Notes under the pieces: generated by a model | Database searches by the model: none | The model's input: the letters and a program-made list of their open reading frames with translations, nothing else | Told to the model about the DNA's origin: nothing | From: Candidatus Microgenomates bacterium | GTDB taxonomy: Bacteria > Patescibacteriota > JACPGU01 | NCBI GenBank assembly: GCA_016188915.1 | Contig: JACPGU010000001.1 | Location: 123,106-187,105 of the forward strand | Direction: 5' to 3' | DNA: 64,000 nt | Part shown: one piece after another, positions 16,652 through 26,133 of the stretch | Numbering within the stretch: position 1 is the stretch's first letter | How the letters are laid out: the number at the start of each line of letters is the position of its first letter | Position numbers and translations under genes: made by a program

Positions 16652-19600
16652 TTATTCCGTTTCTTTTATTTCTTCTTCCATCTCTTCTGATTTTTCCGGC
16701 ATGTCGTCAAAACTTTCTTCTTCCAATTCTAAATCTTCTATTTGTTCTTCTGGCGCGTCAGATATTTCTTTGTTCGGCTCTCCTTCATCGCCCTCAATGC
16801 TAAACCCGCCACCGGCCAAATCAGCGTCAGTAGCTATTATTTCACCCAAATTCAGGGTCGCTTCTTGATTCAAATCTTCAATTCCTTGATCGGCTACTTT
16901 TTCAGCGTCTATTATCTCTTCTCCTTCTTCGCTTTCGCGAATCAATTCCACGGCCAAGCCCAAGCCCTCTAACTCCTTAACCAAAACATTAAAGGATTCT
17001 GGAATGGAAGGTTTTTTGATTTCTTCATTTTTGATGATAGACTCATAGGCCTTGGAACGACCCCAGACATCATCGGATTTGATCGTCAGCATTTCCTGCA
17101 AGGTGTGCGCCGCGCCATAAGCTTCTAGCGCCCATACTTCCATTTCTCCAAATCTCTGACCGCCAAATTGCGCGCGACCACCCAATGGTTGCTGGGTTAC
17201 TAAAGAATATGGTCCGATAGAACGAGCATGGATTTTGTCATCTACCAGATGGGAAAGTTTCATCATATATTTGATGCCTACGGTCGTTTTTTGTCCGAAA
17301 GGCTCTCCCGTACGACCGTCATAGAGCTGAACCTTGCCGTCTTCGGGCAATCCCGCCTTTTTCAGCTCACCAACTATTTCGTCAAAAGAAATCCCTCGAA
17401 AAACTGGGCTGGCCGCCTTATAGCCTAATTTACTGGCGGCATAGCCCAAATGCGTTTCCAAAAGTTGCCCTAGATTCATACGAGAAATAACACCCAAGGG
17501 ATTTAAGATCATATCAATTGGCGTTCCGTCAGCAAGCATCGGCATATCTTCTGCTGGCAAAACTTTAGAAACAATGCCCTTGTTGCCGTGACGGCCTGCC
17601 ATTTTGTCGCCTACAACTATTTTTCTAAATTGCGCGACCGAGACTTCTATTTTGGTAATAACGCCAGAAGATAATTCGTCGCCGCGATCGGCGTGAAATT
17701 CTCTGACGTCCACCACCTTACCGTATTCGCCGTGTGGCAGACGCAACGAAACATCTTTGACGTCACGAGCTTTTTCGCCGAAAATAGCGCGCAATAATCT
17801 TTCTTCTGGTGTCAATTCAGTCTCGCCCTTGGGAGTGATTTTGCCTACCAAAATATCGCCGGCTTTGACTTCGGCGCCGATTCTAATAATACCCATTTCG
17901 TCTAGATTTTTTAAAGCTTCATCGCCGACATTGGGAATATCTCGCGTTACTATCTCCGGCCCCAATTTGGTATCACGAACTTCAATAGAATAATCTTCAA
18001 TATGAATAGAGCTGTAAATATCATCATGAACTAGACGCTCGGAAACTATAATAGCGTCTTCAAAGCCAAAACCACTCCAAGTCATAAAAGCGACAAAGAC
18101 ATTTTGTCCCAAGGCCGCCTCTCCCCGATCGGTAGCCATACCATCGGCCAAAATATCCCCTGCCTCTACCTTGTCGTCAATATTAACCAAAACTTTATGA
18201 GAAATACAGGTACGATCATTAGATCTGACAAAACGACGTAATTTGTAGCTGCTGGCTACTCCGCCTTTTTCGCTAACAATTATTTCTGTATCTGTAATTT
18301 CTTTTACTGTTCCGGCATTTTTGGCAATCAACATCTGACCAGAATTGCGGGCTACAAATTCTTCCATACCAGTGCCAACAATGGGCGCTTTTGATTTTAC
18401 CAATGGTACCGCCTGACGCAACATGTTGGAGCCCATCAAGGCACGGCGCACTTCGTCATGTTCAACAAAGGGAATCAGAGAAGCCGTTACCCCGACAATT
18501 TGACGAGTGGAGACATCCATATAGTCTATTTTTTCCGGCGCTACAACATCTGGCTCACTGTGATTGCGCACAGCTACCCTTTTTTCTACGAAATAACCTT
18601 CTTTATCTATTTGAGAGTTAGCCTGCGCGATAATGTTTTTTTCATCCTCTTCAGCATCCAAATACATTACCTGTCCCGTCACGCGCGGTTTAACCAAAAT
18701 TTTTTCTATTTTTAGATAAGAAAATTTTTCTGCTAATTCTTTAGTTATTTTTTCGTCTTTTTTGGCTATCGTTTTACCTTTTCCGTCGACGACATCTTCT
18801 CGCAAAGTATGCCCTATCGGATCACGGCCGTCGTTTTTGGCCTTGCGCTGGACATAAATGTAGGGAGTTTCCATAAACCCATACTCGTTGACCCTGACAT
18901 AGGTAGCAAAATAAGCGATTAAGCCAATATTGGGACCTTCGGGAGTCTCTACCGGACATAGGCGGCCATAGTGAGAAGAGTGGACATCGCGCACTTCAAA
19001 GCCGGCTCTTTCACGAGAAAGCCCTCCCGGTCCCATGGCCGAAAGACGTCTTTTATGTTCCAGCTCTGAGAGTAGATTGGTTTGATCCATGAATTGAGAC
19101 AGCTGAGAAGAAGCGAAATGTTCTTGCAAGACAGCCGTGATCGGACGCACATTAATCAATTGCGCCGGCGTCACTGATTCAATATCCACTACGCTCATGC
19201 GATCTTTGATCATTCTTTCTACACGCAAAAAGCCGATGCGCACGCGTCTTTGCACCAATTCACCGACAGCCCGCACACGGCGATTTTTCAAATGGTCAAT
19301 ATTGTCAGGGATAGCGTCAGGATCATTATTGAGACGAATGATTTCTCTAACAACAGCCACGATATCTTCTTTTTGCAAAACTCTGTGAGCAATATCATTC
19401 GGGATATCTAGATTTAGCCTTTTATTGATTTTGTAACGTCCGACTTTGGAAAAATCATAGCGACGGAAATTAAAAAACATATTATCCACCAAAGTTTTGG
19501 CATTTTCTACCGTCACCAAATCACCCGGACGAATACGACGATAAACATCCAAAATAGCAGCGTCCATGGTCGTAGCCGGATCTTTTTCCAGGGTCGTTCT

Positions 19601-20272
19601 GATAAATGGTCTATCAGGGTCAGTATCAACATCGGCAAAAAGCTTGATTAATTGGTCGTTATCCCCCAACCCAAAAGCTTTCAGCAAAGTAGTGATTGGG
19701 ATTTTTCTTTTGCGATCTATTTTAACTGAAATAATATTTTTACTAGAAGTCTCCAGCTCTAGCCAAGCGCCTCGATCAGGAATAATTTTGGCACCAAAAA
19801 GATCCGTTCCGGAAGAATTGTCAGAAGTGAATAAAACTCCAGGGGAACGGACGATTTGTGATACTACTACTCTTTCAATGCCATTGATAATAAAAGTACC
19901 CTGATCGGTCATGAGTGGAAAATCACCCAGAAAAACGCTTTGTTCTTTAATCTCGCCGGTATTTTTGTTAACCAAACGAATACGGCAACGTACCGCGGCC
20001 TTGTAGGTAAGATTTCTGGTTCGGACATCATCTTCAGAATATTTCGGCTCTTCTACTTTGTAGTCCAGAAAATAGAGTTCTAGATTTTTCCCGATAAAGT
20101 CCTCTACGGGGTTTAATTCTTCAAAAATTTCCTTCAGCCCTTCCTCTAAAAACCAACGGTATGAGTCCAGTTGCACCTCAATAAGATTGGGAGGGGCAAT
20201 AACTTCGTCATTAGGACGAAAATATTTTCTTTCAGAGACAGAGTTTTTTGAGACCATAAAAAACCTCCCCAA
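16652..20272 (-). CDS. rpoB: DNA-directed RNA polymerase subunit beta (with acidic C-terminal tail)
   Basis: Full-length beta similarity. The C-terminal ~90 aa are strongly acidic (E/D-rich). Confidence 0.97.
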   Translation of the reverse strand: MGRFFMVSKNSVSERKYFRPNDEVIAPPNLIEVQLDSYRWFLEEGLKEIFEELNPVEDFIGKNLELYFLDYKVEEPKYSEDDVRTRNLTYKAAVRCRIRLVNKNTGEIKEQSVFLGDFPLMTDQGTFIINGIERVVVSQIVRSPGVLFTSDNSSGTDLFGAKIIPDRGAWLELETSSKNIISVKIDRKRKIPITTLLKAFGLGDNDQLIKLFADVDTDPDRPFIRTTLEKDPATTMDAAILDVYRRIRPGDLVTVENAKTLVDNMFFNFRRYDFSKVGRYKINKRLNLDIPNDIAHRVLQKEDIVAVVREIIRLNNDPDAIPDNIDHLKNRRVRAVGELVQRRVRIGFLRVERMIKDRMSVVDIESVTPAQLINVRPITAVLQEHFASSQLSQFMDQTNLLSELEHKRRLSAMGPGGLSRERAGFEVRDVHSSHYGRLCPVETPEGPNIGLIAYFATYVRVNEYGFMETPYIYVQRKAKNDGRDPIGHTLREDVVDGKGKTIAKKDEKITKELAEKFSYLKIEKILVKPRVTGQVMYLDAEEDEKNIIAQANSQIDKEGYFVEKRVAVRNHSEPDVVAPEKIDYMDVSTRQIVGVTASLIPFVEHDEVRRALMGSNMLRQAVPLVKSKAPIVGTGMEEFVARNSGQMLIAKNAGTVKEITDTEIIVSEKGGVASSYKLRRFVRSNDRTCISHKVLVNIDDKVEAGDILADGMATDRGEAALGQNVFVAFMTWSGFGFEDAIIVSERLVHDDIYSSIHIEDYSIEVRDTKLGPEIVTRDIPNVGDEALKNLDEMGIIRIGAEVKAGDILVGKITPKGETELTPEERLLRAIFGEKARDVKDVSLRLPHGEYGKVVDVREFHADRGDELSSGVITKIEVSVAQFRKIVVGDKMAGRHGNKGIVSKVLPAEDMPMLADGTPIDMILNPLGVISRMNLGQLLETHLGYAASKLGYKAASPVFRGISFDEIVGELKKAGLPEDGKVQLYDGRTGEPFGQKTTVGIKYMMKLSHLVDDKIHARSIGPYSLVTQQPLGGRAQFGGQRFGEMEVWALEAYGAAHTLQEMLTIKSDDVWGRSKAYESIIKNEEIKKPSIPESFNVLVKELEGLGLAVELIRESEEGEEIIDAEKVADQGIEDLNQEATLNLGEIIATDADLAGGGFSIEGDEGEPNKEISDAPEEQIEDLELEEESFDDMPEKSEEMEEEIKETE

Positions 20273-20308
20273 TTAAAAATAAGAAAAGGGAAAATCGGCT
20301 TTCCTTAA

Positions 20309-20884
20309 TTGCAAGTAATCAAATTGTTATCCACAATACAATCAATATACCATATAGCAACCCCCCGTCAAGAGGATTTTATTTATGTATACTCTCTCTG
20401 TCAAATACGCTATACTGATTTTATGCGCGACGAAAAATGGTTATACCACTTACTAGCCGAAATCAGAGAAAAATATTTCCCCGATACTAGGGGCAATACT
20501 ATCAAAATAAAATTTGGCCGACCCAGCCGAACTCGCCTGGGGTCCATTACTTTACGCAAAAAAGGGCAAGAAAACAGAAGGCTTTTGAGGAATGAAGCTA
20601 GAAATATTTCTTCCGACGATTTAGTCAGCGTCATCACTATCAATCCTTTACTTGCCCATGGCGATGTGCCGGACAAAATAACTTTGGCCACTATCGTTCA
20701 TGAATTCATTCATTACGCGCAGGGGTTTAATTCCGCTATTGAACAAAATATTATTCATCCTCACCGTGGCAATATAATGCAAAAAGAATTTTCCCGTATC
20801 GGCTTGGTTGATCTTTATTTCTTCCAAAAAAACTGGCTCAAAGAAAACTGGATCAGTTTTTTACAAAAGCGCCACTTTCATTAA
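20309..20884 (+). CDS. SprT-like/DUF45-like zinc metalloprotease-domain protein (probable start near 20423)
   Basis: IVHEFIHYAQG HExxH motif preceded by a region resembling the SprT-like N-terminus. Confidence 0.45.
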   Translation: MQVIKLLSTIQSIYHIATPRQEDFIYVYSLCQIRYTDFMRDEKWLYHLLAEIREKYFPDTRGNTIKIKFGRPSRTRLGSITLRKKGQENRRLLRNEARNISSDDLVSVITINPLLAHGDVPDKITLATIVHEFIHYAQGFNSAIEQNIIHPHRGNIMQKEFSRIGLVDLYFFQKNWLKENWISFLQKRHFH

Positions 20885-20901
20885 CATTAGTCTTCGCCTA
20901 C

Positions 20902-21546
20902 ATGATTTCTTGTCTCGTCCCCGCTTATAATGAAGAAAAAAATATTGTTGAGATGCTACGTGCCGTCAAAAGTGCTGGTATTTTTGACGAAATTATTGTT
21001 ATTAATGACGGTTCGGAAGATTTGACTGCTTTTTTGATAGAAAAAGAAGGCGGTGTAGTTTTTATTAATTTGCCAAAAAATCTGGGTAAGGGTGGTGCTG
21101 TCTGGGCCGGCATCAAACAGGCCTGTGGAGAAATAATCGTTATGCTAGATGCCGATCTGGTCGGTATTACGCGCAAAAGTTTGGAAAAATTAATTGAACC
21201 GGTTCAGAGCGGTAGAGCCGATGTCTGCGTTGGTGTTATTAATAGTGGTGGCGAGAGGCCATTCATTGATTTTGCTCAAAAAAATCTCCACTTTCTCTCT
21301 GGCCAGCAAGCCTTTCTCCGCGAATTAGTATTAGACGCTGAAAAAATCAAAGATAGTCGCTTTGGTGTGGAGCTAGAATTGCGCGATCATTTCAAAAGAA
21401 AGCAAGCCAAAATAGAAAAAATAGTGCTCCACAATATCAAACACCTTTTGAAAGAAGAAAAAATGGGAGTAAGGAAAGGTTTTGCTAAGCGCCTAAAAAT
21501 GTATTGGGAGGTCGTGGCTAGCTTCTTTATCGTTTTGTTCCGCTGA
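20902..21546 (+). CDS. family 2 glycosyltransferase (polyprenyl-phosphate sugar transferase-like)
   Basis: SCLVPAYNEEKNI and DADL motifs typical of GT2 (GT-A fold). Confidence 0.7.
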   Translation: MISCLVPAYNEEKNIVEMLRAVKSAGIFDEIIVINDGSEDLTAFLIEKEGGVVFINLPKNLGKGGAVWAGIKQACGEIIVMLDADLVGITRKSLEKLIEPVQSGRADVCVGVINSGGERPFIDFAQKNLHFLSGQQAFLRELVLDAEKIKDSRFGVELELRDHFKRKQAKIEKIVLHNIKHLLKEEKMGVRKGFAKRLKMYWEVVASFFIVLFR

Positions 21547-22251
21547 TTACCGTAAAAAAATAATAGATGCTTTTTTTTCGGCCAAACTAATTTCTAGATT
21601 ATCTCCCGCTTTAAAGATAAAAGAGCGCGGACTATTATCAAAAGTGACTAAGGCTCGACTCCTGGTAACCTGCATTTTGAAAATTCCTTCTTTCGCTATT
21701 ATCGGTTCTATTTTTTTGGTGCTGTTATTAAAGGCCGCACCCAAACCTTCGGCAAAATTGATTCTCGTAATACTTTCAAAATAACCGGTAGAGCCTTGTG
21801 CCGTGGCGAAAACCATGCCATCGCCGATAACTTCAATCTTCCGATCGGCATATTGCAGGACAAAGCGCAAAGCCTCGCGCTGATTGATATTCCTTACCGT
21901 CACATCGTTGACGGCAAAAAAAATATTTTTCTTAAAACAAAGTTTTATTTTGTCAATCGGACATATATCGAAATCGCCTTTTTTTATTTTTTGGATAGAG
22001 CGAGTATCGACATCTCCCCTACAAAGACGACAGATTTTACTATTTTTCAAAATCAGTTTTGGCACTCCGGGATATTTTCTTTCAGCAAAAAGAAAGGTGC
22101 CATCACCACCCAAAGTAATAATAAAATCTGGGTTTTTGGACACAATTAAAAAGCCCTGCTCTTTGAGCAAAGTTTTTAGCTCTTGCGATTTTTCCGCTAG
22201 ATGCTCCTCCGTCTCTCCACGCGAGACTATCTGCGCTTTTTGCAAACCCAT
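21547..22251 (-). CDS. nadK: NAD kinase
   Basis: GGDGT motif, NDVTV, DGMVFATAQGSTGY (NAD kinase signature). Confidence 0.8.
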   Translation of the reverse strand: MGLQKAQIVSRGETEEHLAEKSQELKTLLKEQGFLIVSKNPDFIITLGGDGTFLFAERKYPGVPKLILKNSKICRLCRGDVDTRSIQKIKKGDFDICPIDKIKLCFKKNIFFAVNDVTVRNINQREALRFVLQYADRKIEVIGDGMVFATAQGSTGYFESITRINFAEGLGAAFNNSTKKIEPIIAKEGIFKMQVTRSRALVTFDNSPRSFIFKAGDNLEISLAEKKASIIFLR

Positions 22252-22278
22252 AATTTATTTTCTCAATTTTTTATTTTC

Positions 22279-23556
22279 TTATCCCTCTTCCCACTCCACC
22301 ACTTTTTCCCCTATCCACAAAATTTGTTCTTCCATCAGTCCTTGCTTTTTCAGCTCTTTTACAATGCCCAATTTTTTAGCGACATCAAAAAATCTTTGCC
22401 TAGCCTGCCAATTATTAAGATCCAGACGCAACGACAAATCTTCCATTTTTTTGCAATAGATACGAAAGCCTGTTTTAACTTTTTTTATTTCAAACAGATT
22501 GGGATTGGCATCGGCAAAAGTGAAAATCCTTTTGCTGTCCTCGATTACTTCTGGCTCGGTTATCTTTTGGCACAATCGAAAAACTTCATCGAAAAGATCG
22601 TCAATATTTTTACCCGTAAGCGCCGATATGCCGTATATTTTTTTGGCTTTAATCGTTTTTCGCAAATGAGAGGAAGCAAGCGCATAGCGCCCAGCATCAA
22701 TCAAATCAATTTTGTTGATGGCTACCAGCTCTTTTTTTTCGGCCAATTTTTTATCAAATTTTAGGAGCTCTGATCTTATCATTTTATAATCAGCTACCCA
22801 ATCTTCTCTCGTTCCGTCTATGAGATGAATAACCATTTTGCTTCTTTGAATGTGGCGTAAAAATTCGTGTCCTAAACCTTTGCCTTCCGATGCTCCCTCA
22901 ATCAATCCGGGGACATCGGCAACGACCAAGGTATCCTTTCCTCTTTTTGCTATCCCCAGATGAGGGACCAGAGTAGTGAAGGGATAATCGGCTATTTTAG
23001 GCCGAGCGGCAGTAATTTTGGAGATAAGGCTTGATTTGCCAGCCGAGGGAAAACCGATTATCGCCACATCAGCGACCAGCTTTAGCTCCAATTCCAAAGA
23101 AAAATCTTCTCCCGGAGAGCCGAATTCAGCAAATTTTGGCGTCTGACGAGTAGATGAAGTAAAATGCGCGTTACCAAAACCGCCCCTACCACCACGCGCT
23201 ACGACTATTTGATCAGTGTCTTTTTTTAGATCGCCCAAAGATTGTCGACCATTTTCGGGTAGGATTTTATAGACAAGCGTGCCGACCGGTACTTTTAATA
23301 TCAAATCTTCTCCTGACTTACCATGCGCCCTTTGATGACCGCCGCCGGCGCCGTTTTCCGCTTCGTATTCTTTCTGCCTGACAAAATCAAAAAGCGTATT
23401 TTCTCTAGTAGTAGCCGAAAGAACAATATTACCACCACGACCGCCATCACCGCCATCAGGGCCGCCCTTGGCCGCTTCTTTGCTATGCCGAAACAAGACC
23501 GCGCCATTGCCACCGTCTCCCGCCTTCACGTTAATTGTAGCTCGATCGTAGAACAT
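22279..23556 (-). CDS. obg: GTPase Obg
   Basis: N-terminal Gly-rich Obg fold (GDGGNGAV...GGPDGGDGGRGG), G-domain motifs GFPSAGKSS and DVPGLIEGA, C-terminal OCT-like domain. Confidence 0.9.
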   Translation of the reverse strand: MFYDRATINVKAGDGGNGAVLFRHSKEAAKGGPDGGDGGRGGNIVLSATTRENTLFDFVRQKEYEAENGAGGGHQRAHGKSGEDLILKVPVGTLVYKILPENGRQSLGDLKKDTDQIVVARGGRGGFGNAHFTSSTRQTPKFAEFGSPGEDFSLELELKLVADVAIIGFPSAGKSSLISKITAARPKIADYPFTTLVPHLGIAKRGKDTLVVADVPGLIEGASEGKGLGHEFLRHIQRSKMVIHLIDGTREDWVADYKMIRSELLKFDKKLAEKKELVAINKIDLIDAGRYALASSHLRKTIKAKKIYGISALTGKNIDDLFDEVFRLCQKITEPEVIEDSKRIFTFADANPNLFEIKKVKTGFRIYCKKMEDLSLRLDLNNWQARQRFFDVAKKLGIVKELKKQGLMEEQILWIGEKVVEWEEG

Positions 23557-23689
23557 ACGATAGTTATTTGATTAATAAACACAACGACAAGTCAAACCCT
23601 ATCCTGCTATATTATACTCATAAATCAATCCCGACGCTATGGTCGGGATTGATTTTTTTAACTTTCGCACGCCCTATTCTTCTATTTCC

Positions 23690-24790
23690 TTATTTTATAT
23701 ACGCCAGCGGATTCACCGCGCGACCATCAAAACGAATCTCAAAGTGTAGGTGCGTTCCGGTAGAACGACCGGTAGAGCCCATTATGCCGATTTTTTGACC
23801 CTTTTCTACTGTTTGACCAGGCTGAACTCCGATAGATGATAGGTGGGAATATAGCGTTTGATAGCCATTGCCGTGATCCACAACGATGTGTTTACCGTAG
23901 CCACCACTCCAGCCAGAGCCGATAGAAACCACTGTGCCACGATCAGAAGCCAAGATATCCAGACCATTGCGAAAGTCCAGGTCAATACCGGTATGTTTGT
24001 AGTAGGGGGTGACCCAGGTAAAATATTGAGTAATAAAACGTTCCGAACTGGTCAAAGGCCAAGCGAAAGAACCGGTGCCGGGCGTCACCGAACCCTCGTA
24101 GGTCAAAACATTAGGATCCACCACCGGCAGAAGGATTTTGGTAGAAGAAAATCTCTTTGCCCCAGGAATAATCAGGCGTTGCCCGAGAGTTAGAGTATTG
24201 CTAGCCAATTTGTTCTGAGAAACAATGCTATCAGCCGCCACTCCATAAAAAGTAGCCATACTACCTACCGTGTCCCCTTCGGCCACATTATGTAACAAAC
24301 CATTGACCGGTAGAATAATCAATTCCTGGCCCGATTTGATTCCGTTCAAATCTTCAATATTATTCGCCCAACGCAAGGTATCAATAGTAATTTCAAATTT
24401 ATAAGCAATCGTCCAATATGTATCCCCGTCTATAACCTTATAGGTAGTGATATTCTCACGAGGCAAACCTGAGATTATAGTGTTGGTTAACATCGGCTTG
24501 CTCAAAAAGCCACCATCTTCAGTCAAAACCTCTGTATATCGGTGACTATCTCCCTGAATTTCCAAAGGTGGAGCAATACGACTCAAATGAGAATAAAGAG
24601 CATCTACTTTTTTAGCATCAACGAAAGTCACAGGAGTAGAATCGGCCCAAGCGGTATTCTGAGTGGCGCCTCCCAGGAAAAACAAATCACCAAAAATAAC
24701 AGCTACCGCCAGCGCTATAAAGCTGATATGGATGCTGTATTCAAAAGATTTACCAACCAATTTTTTGACAAAACCAGTAGTTTTCCCCAT
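23690..24790 (-). CDS. LysM-domain M23 family peptidase
   Basis: Two LysM-like segments plus C-terminal HTGIDL...YGKHIVVDHGNGYQTLYSHL...HLHFE M23 motifs. N-terminal TM/signal. Confidence 0.8.
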   Translation of the reverse strand: MGKTTGFVKKLVGKSFEYSIHISFIALAVAVIFGDLFFLGGATQNTAWADSTPVTFVDAKKVDALYSHLSRIAPPLEIQGDSHRYTEVLTEDGGFLSKPMLTNTIISGLPRENITTYKVIDGDTYWTIAYKFEITIDTLRWANNIEDLNGIKSGQELIILPVNGLLHNVAEGDTVGSMATFYGVAADSIVSQNKLASNTLTLGQRLIIPGAKRFSSTKILLPVVDPNVLTYEGSVTPGTGSFAWPLTSSERFITQYFTWVTPYYKHTGIDLDFRNGLDILASDRGTVVSIGSGWSGGYGKHIVVDHGNGYQTLYSHLSSIGVQPGQTVEKGQKIGIMGSTGRSTGTHLHFEIRFDGRAVNPLAYIK

Positions 24791-24851
24791 AAATTTGTTA
24801 GCTTGAAAAACCCGTTGCCAAAACCCTAATTATCCACAATGATGACACCTA

Positions 24852-24880
24852 TTGTATGGCAGGGCGCCAAAAATGTCAAT
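24852..24880 (-). promoter_or_regulatory. sigma70-like promoter (minus) TTGACA-17-TACAAT for M23 peptidase gene
   Basis: Plus tgtcaa 24875-24880 and attgta 24852-24857, 17-nt spacer. A second TTGACT-17-TATAAT promoter lies about 100 bp further upstream. Confidence 0.5.
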
Positions 24881-25181
24881 TATAACCTGGTAATTAGGCA
24901 AGATCAGACCGTTTAAAAGGTCCCATCTAGACCCCTCGGGCTTTATTTTTAAGATGTTACCATTATACCATATCTTTTATAAAAAGTCAAGTTAGCGCTA
25001 CTTACCCAAATCGGATATCGGTAAATTCCATTCTGTTATGACAGGAACGAGCTTCGGAAGGTTATTTTCGCTCTTTTTTGTATAAATAAATTAATGCGCG
25101 AAAACAAAAAACCGCCCCGGGTTTTACCCGAAGGCGGTCTGCAAATTCGTTTAAGCGGAAGAACAGATTTTCTTGCGATTT

Positions 25182-25895
25182 TTACCGGCTCGCAGGGGCC
25201 GGGGGCTGAAAATCCATGAACCACCGGATGAAATCCTCGGTAATCACTTCCACTCTTAATTTTTTTTTCGAAGAGAAAAGCTCGGCCATTTTCTTCTCGG
25301 CGTATTCCCTCTGAAGAAAGGCCTCAAAGTCTATCTGGGGACAACGACAACAGCCGTTGGACCACGGCCATCTATTGCCATCCTCCATGATGACGAACCA
25401 CCCCATCGCCTCCCGAAGGGTAGCAACGTGGTTTTGGTCGGTGGTGCCGGTTTTATAATGACCGGAAAAGTGTTGCGAATTCTTCCTGGTCAGCCTTGTC
25501 GATCCATCGTTATTAATAAGATCGACGACCTTTCTTTCCAAAACATTCAGGACAAGAAATCCGCCGTGAGGCGAACCGTCAGTGTTGCGCCCCCTATTCC
25601 CATCCTCTAAAGATAAGTAGGAGGGCTCCCCGGCACTGTTATCGCCAGAACGAAGAATTGTCTCCGGATATTGCTCGATTTGCCTGAACAATTCTTCGTC
25701 TAGATTGGGCGAAGCTCCAATGTATAGGATTCCCCGACCCTGTTTGACGGCCATTTCGACCATCACCATGTAGTCTTTAATTAAGGTAACCAACGCATTG
25801 TAAAGTTCCATTTCTTTGTTCCTCCTTGGGACAGCCCCCGTAGGGGCAGGATTTACGATTTTTACCGGCTCGCATGGGCCGGGATAAATTGTCAA
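25182..25895 (-). CDS. hypothetical protein, higher GC (probable start at 25810)
   Basis: ORF without recognised domains. Flanked by a 29-bp imperfect direct repeat that encodes PGPCEPVKI in both copies. Confidence 0.3.
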   Translation of the reverse strand: MTIYPGPCEPVKIVNPAPTGAVPRRNKEMELYNALVTLIKDYMVMVEMAVKQGRGILYIGASPNLDEELFRQIEQYPETILRSGDNSAGEPSYLSLEDGNRGRNTDGSPHGGFLVLNVLERKVVDLINNDGSTRLTRKNSQHFSGHYKTGTTDQNHVATLREAMGWFVIMEDGNRWPWSNGCCRCPQIDFEAFLQREYAEKKMAELFSSKKKLRVEVITEDFIRWFMDFQPPAPASR

Positions 25896-25990
25896 AGATC
25901 TTTTTTTGACATAGTCACCATATCATATTTTTCTAAAAAAGTCAATGTTTTTTCGTAGGGGCAGGTTTATAACCTGCCCTGAATTAAATC

Positions 25991-26020
25991 AAAAGGGCGG
26001 GTTAGAAACCCACCCCCTCT
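25991..26020 (-). terminator. rho-independent terminator downstream of proS
   Basis: GGGCGGGTT-AGAA-ACCCACCC hairpin. On the minus strand it is followed by TTTTGATTT. Related in sequence to the fusA terminator. Confidence 0.55.
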
Positions 26021-26042
26021 AGAAAATCTGCTAAAACTAAAT

Positions 26043-26082
26043 AACTACTCTTTTCTATGCTATAGCTTTGAAAAGAGTAGTT
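26043..26082. repeat. palindromic repeat family 3, copy 1 (AACTACTCTTTT...AAAAGAGTAGTT)
   Basis: 12-bp perfect arms. Second copy at 28976-29019. Confidence 0.6.
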
Positions 26083-26133
26083 ATTATTTCAAGAATATTG
26101 CGTATTGCTTAGAGATCTGCGATACCATTGGCT

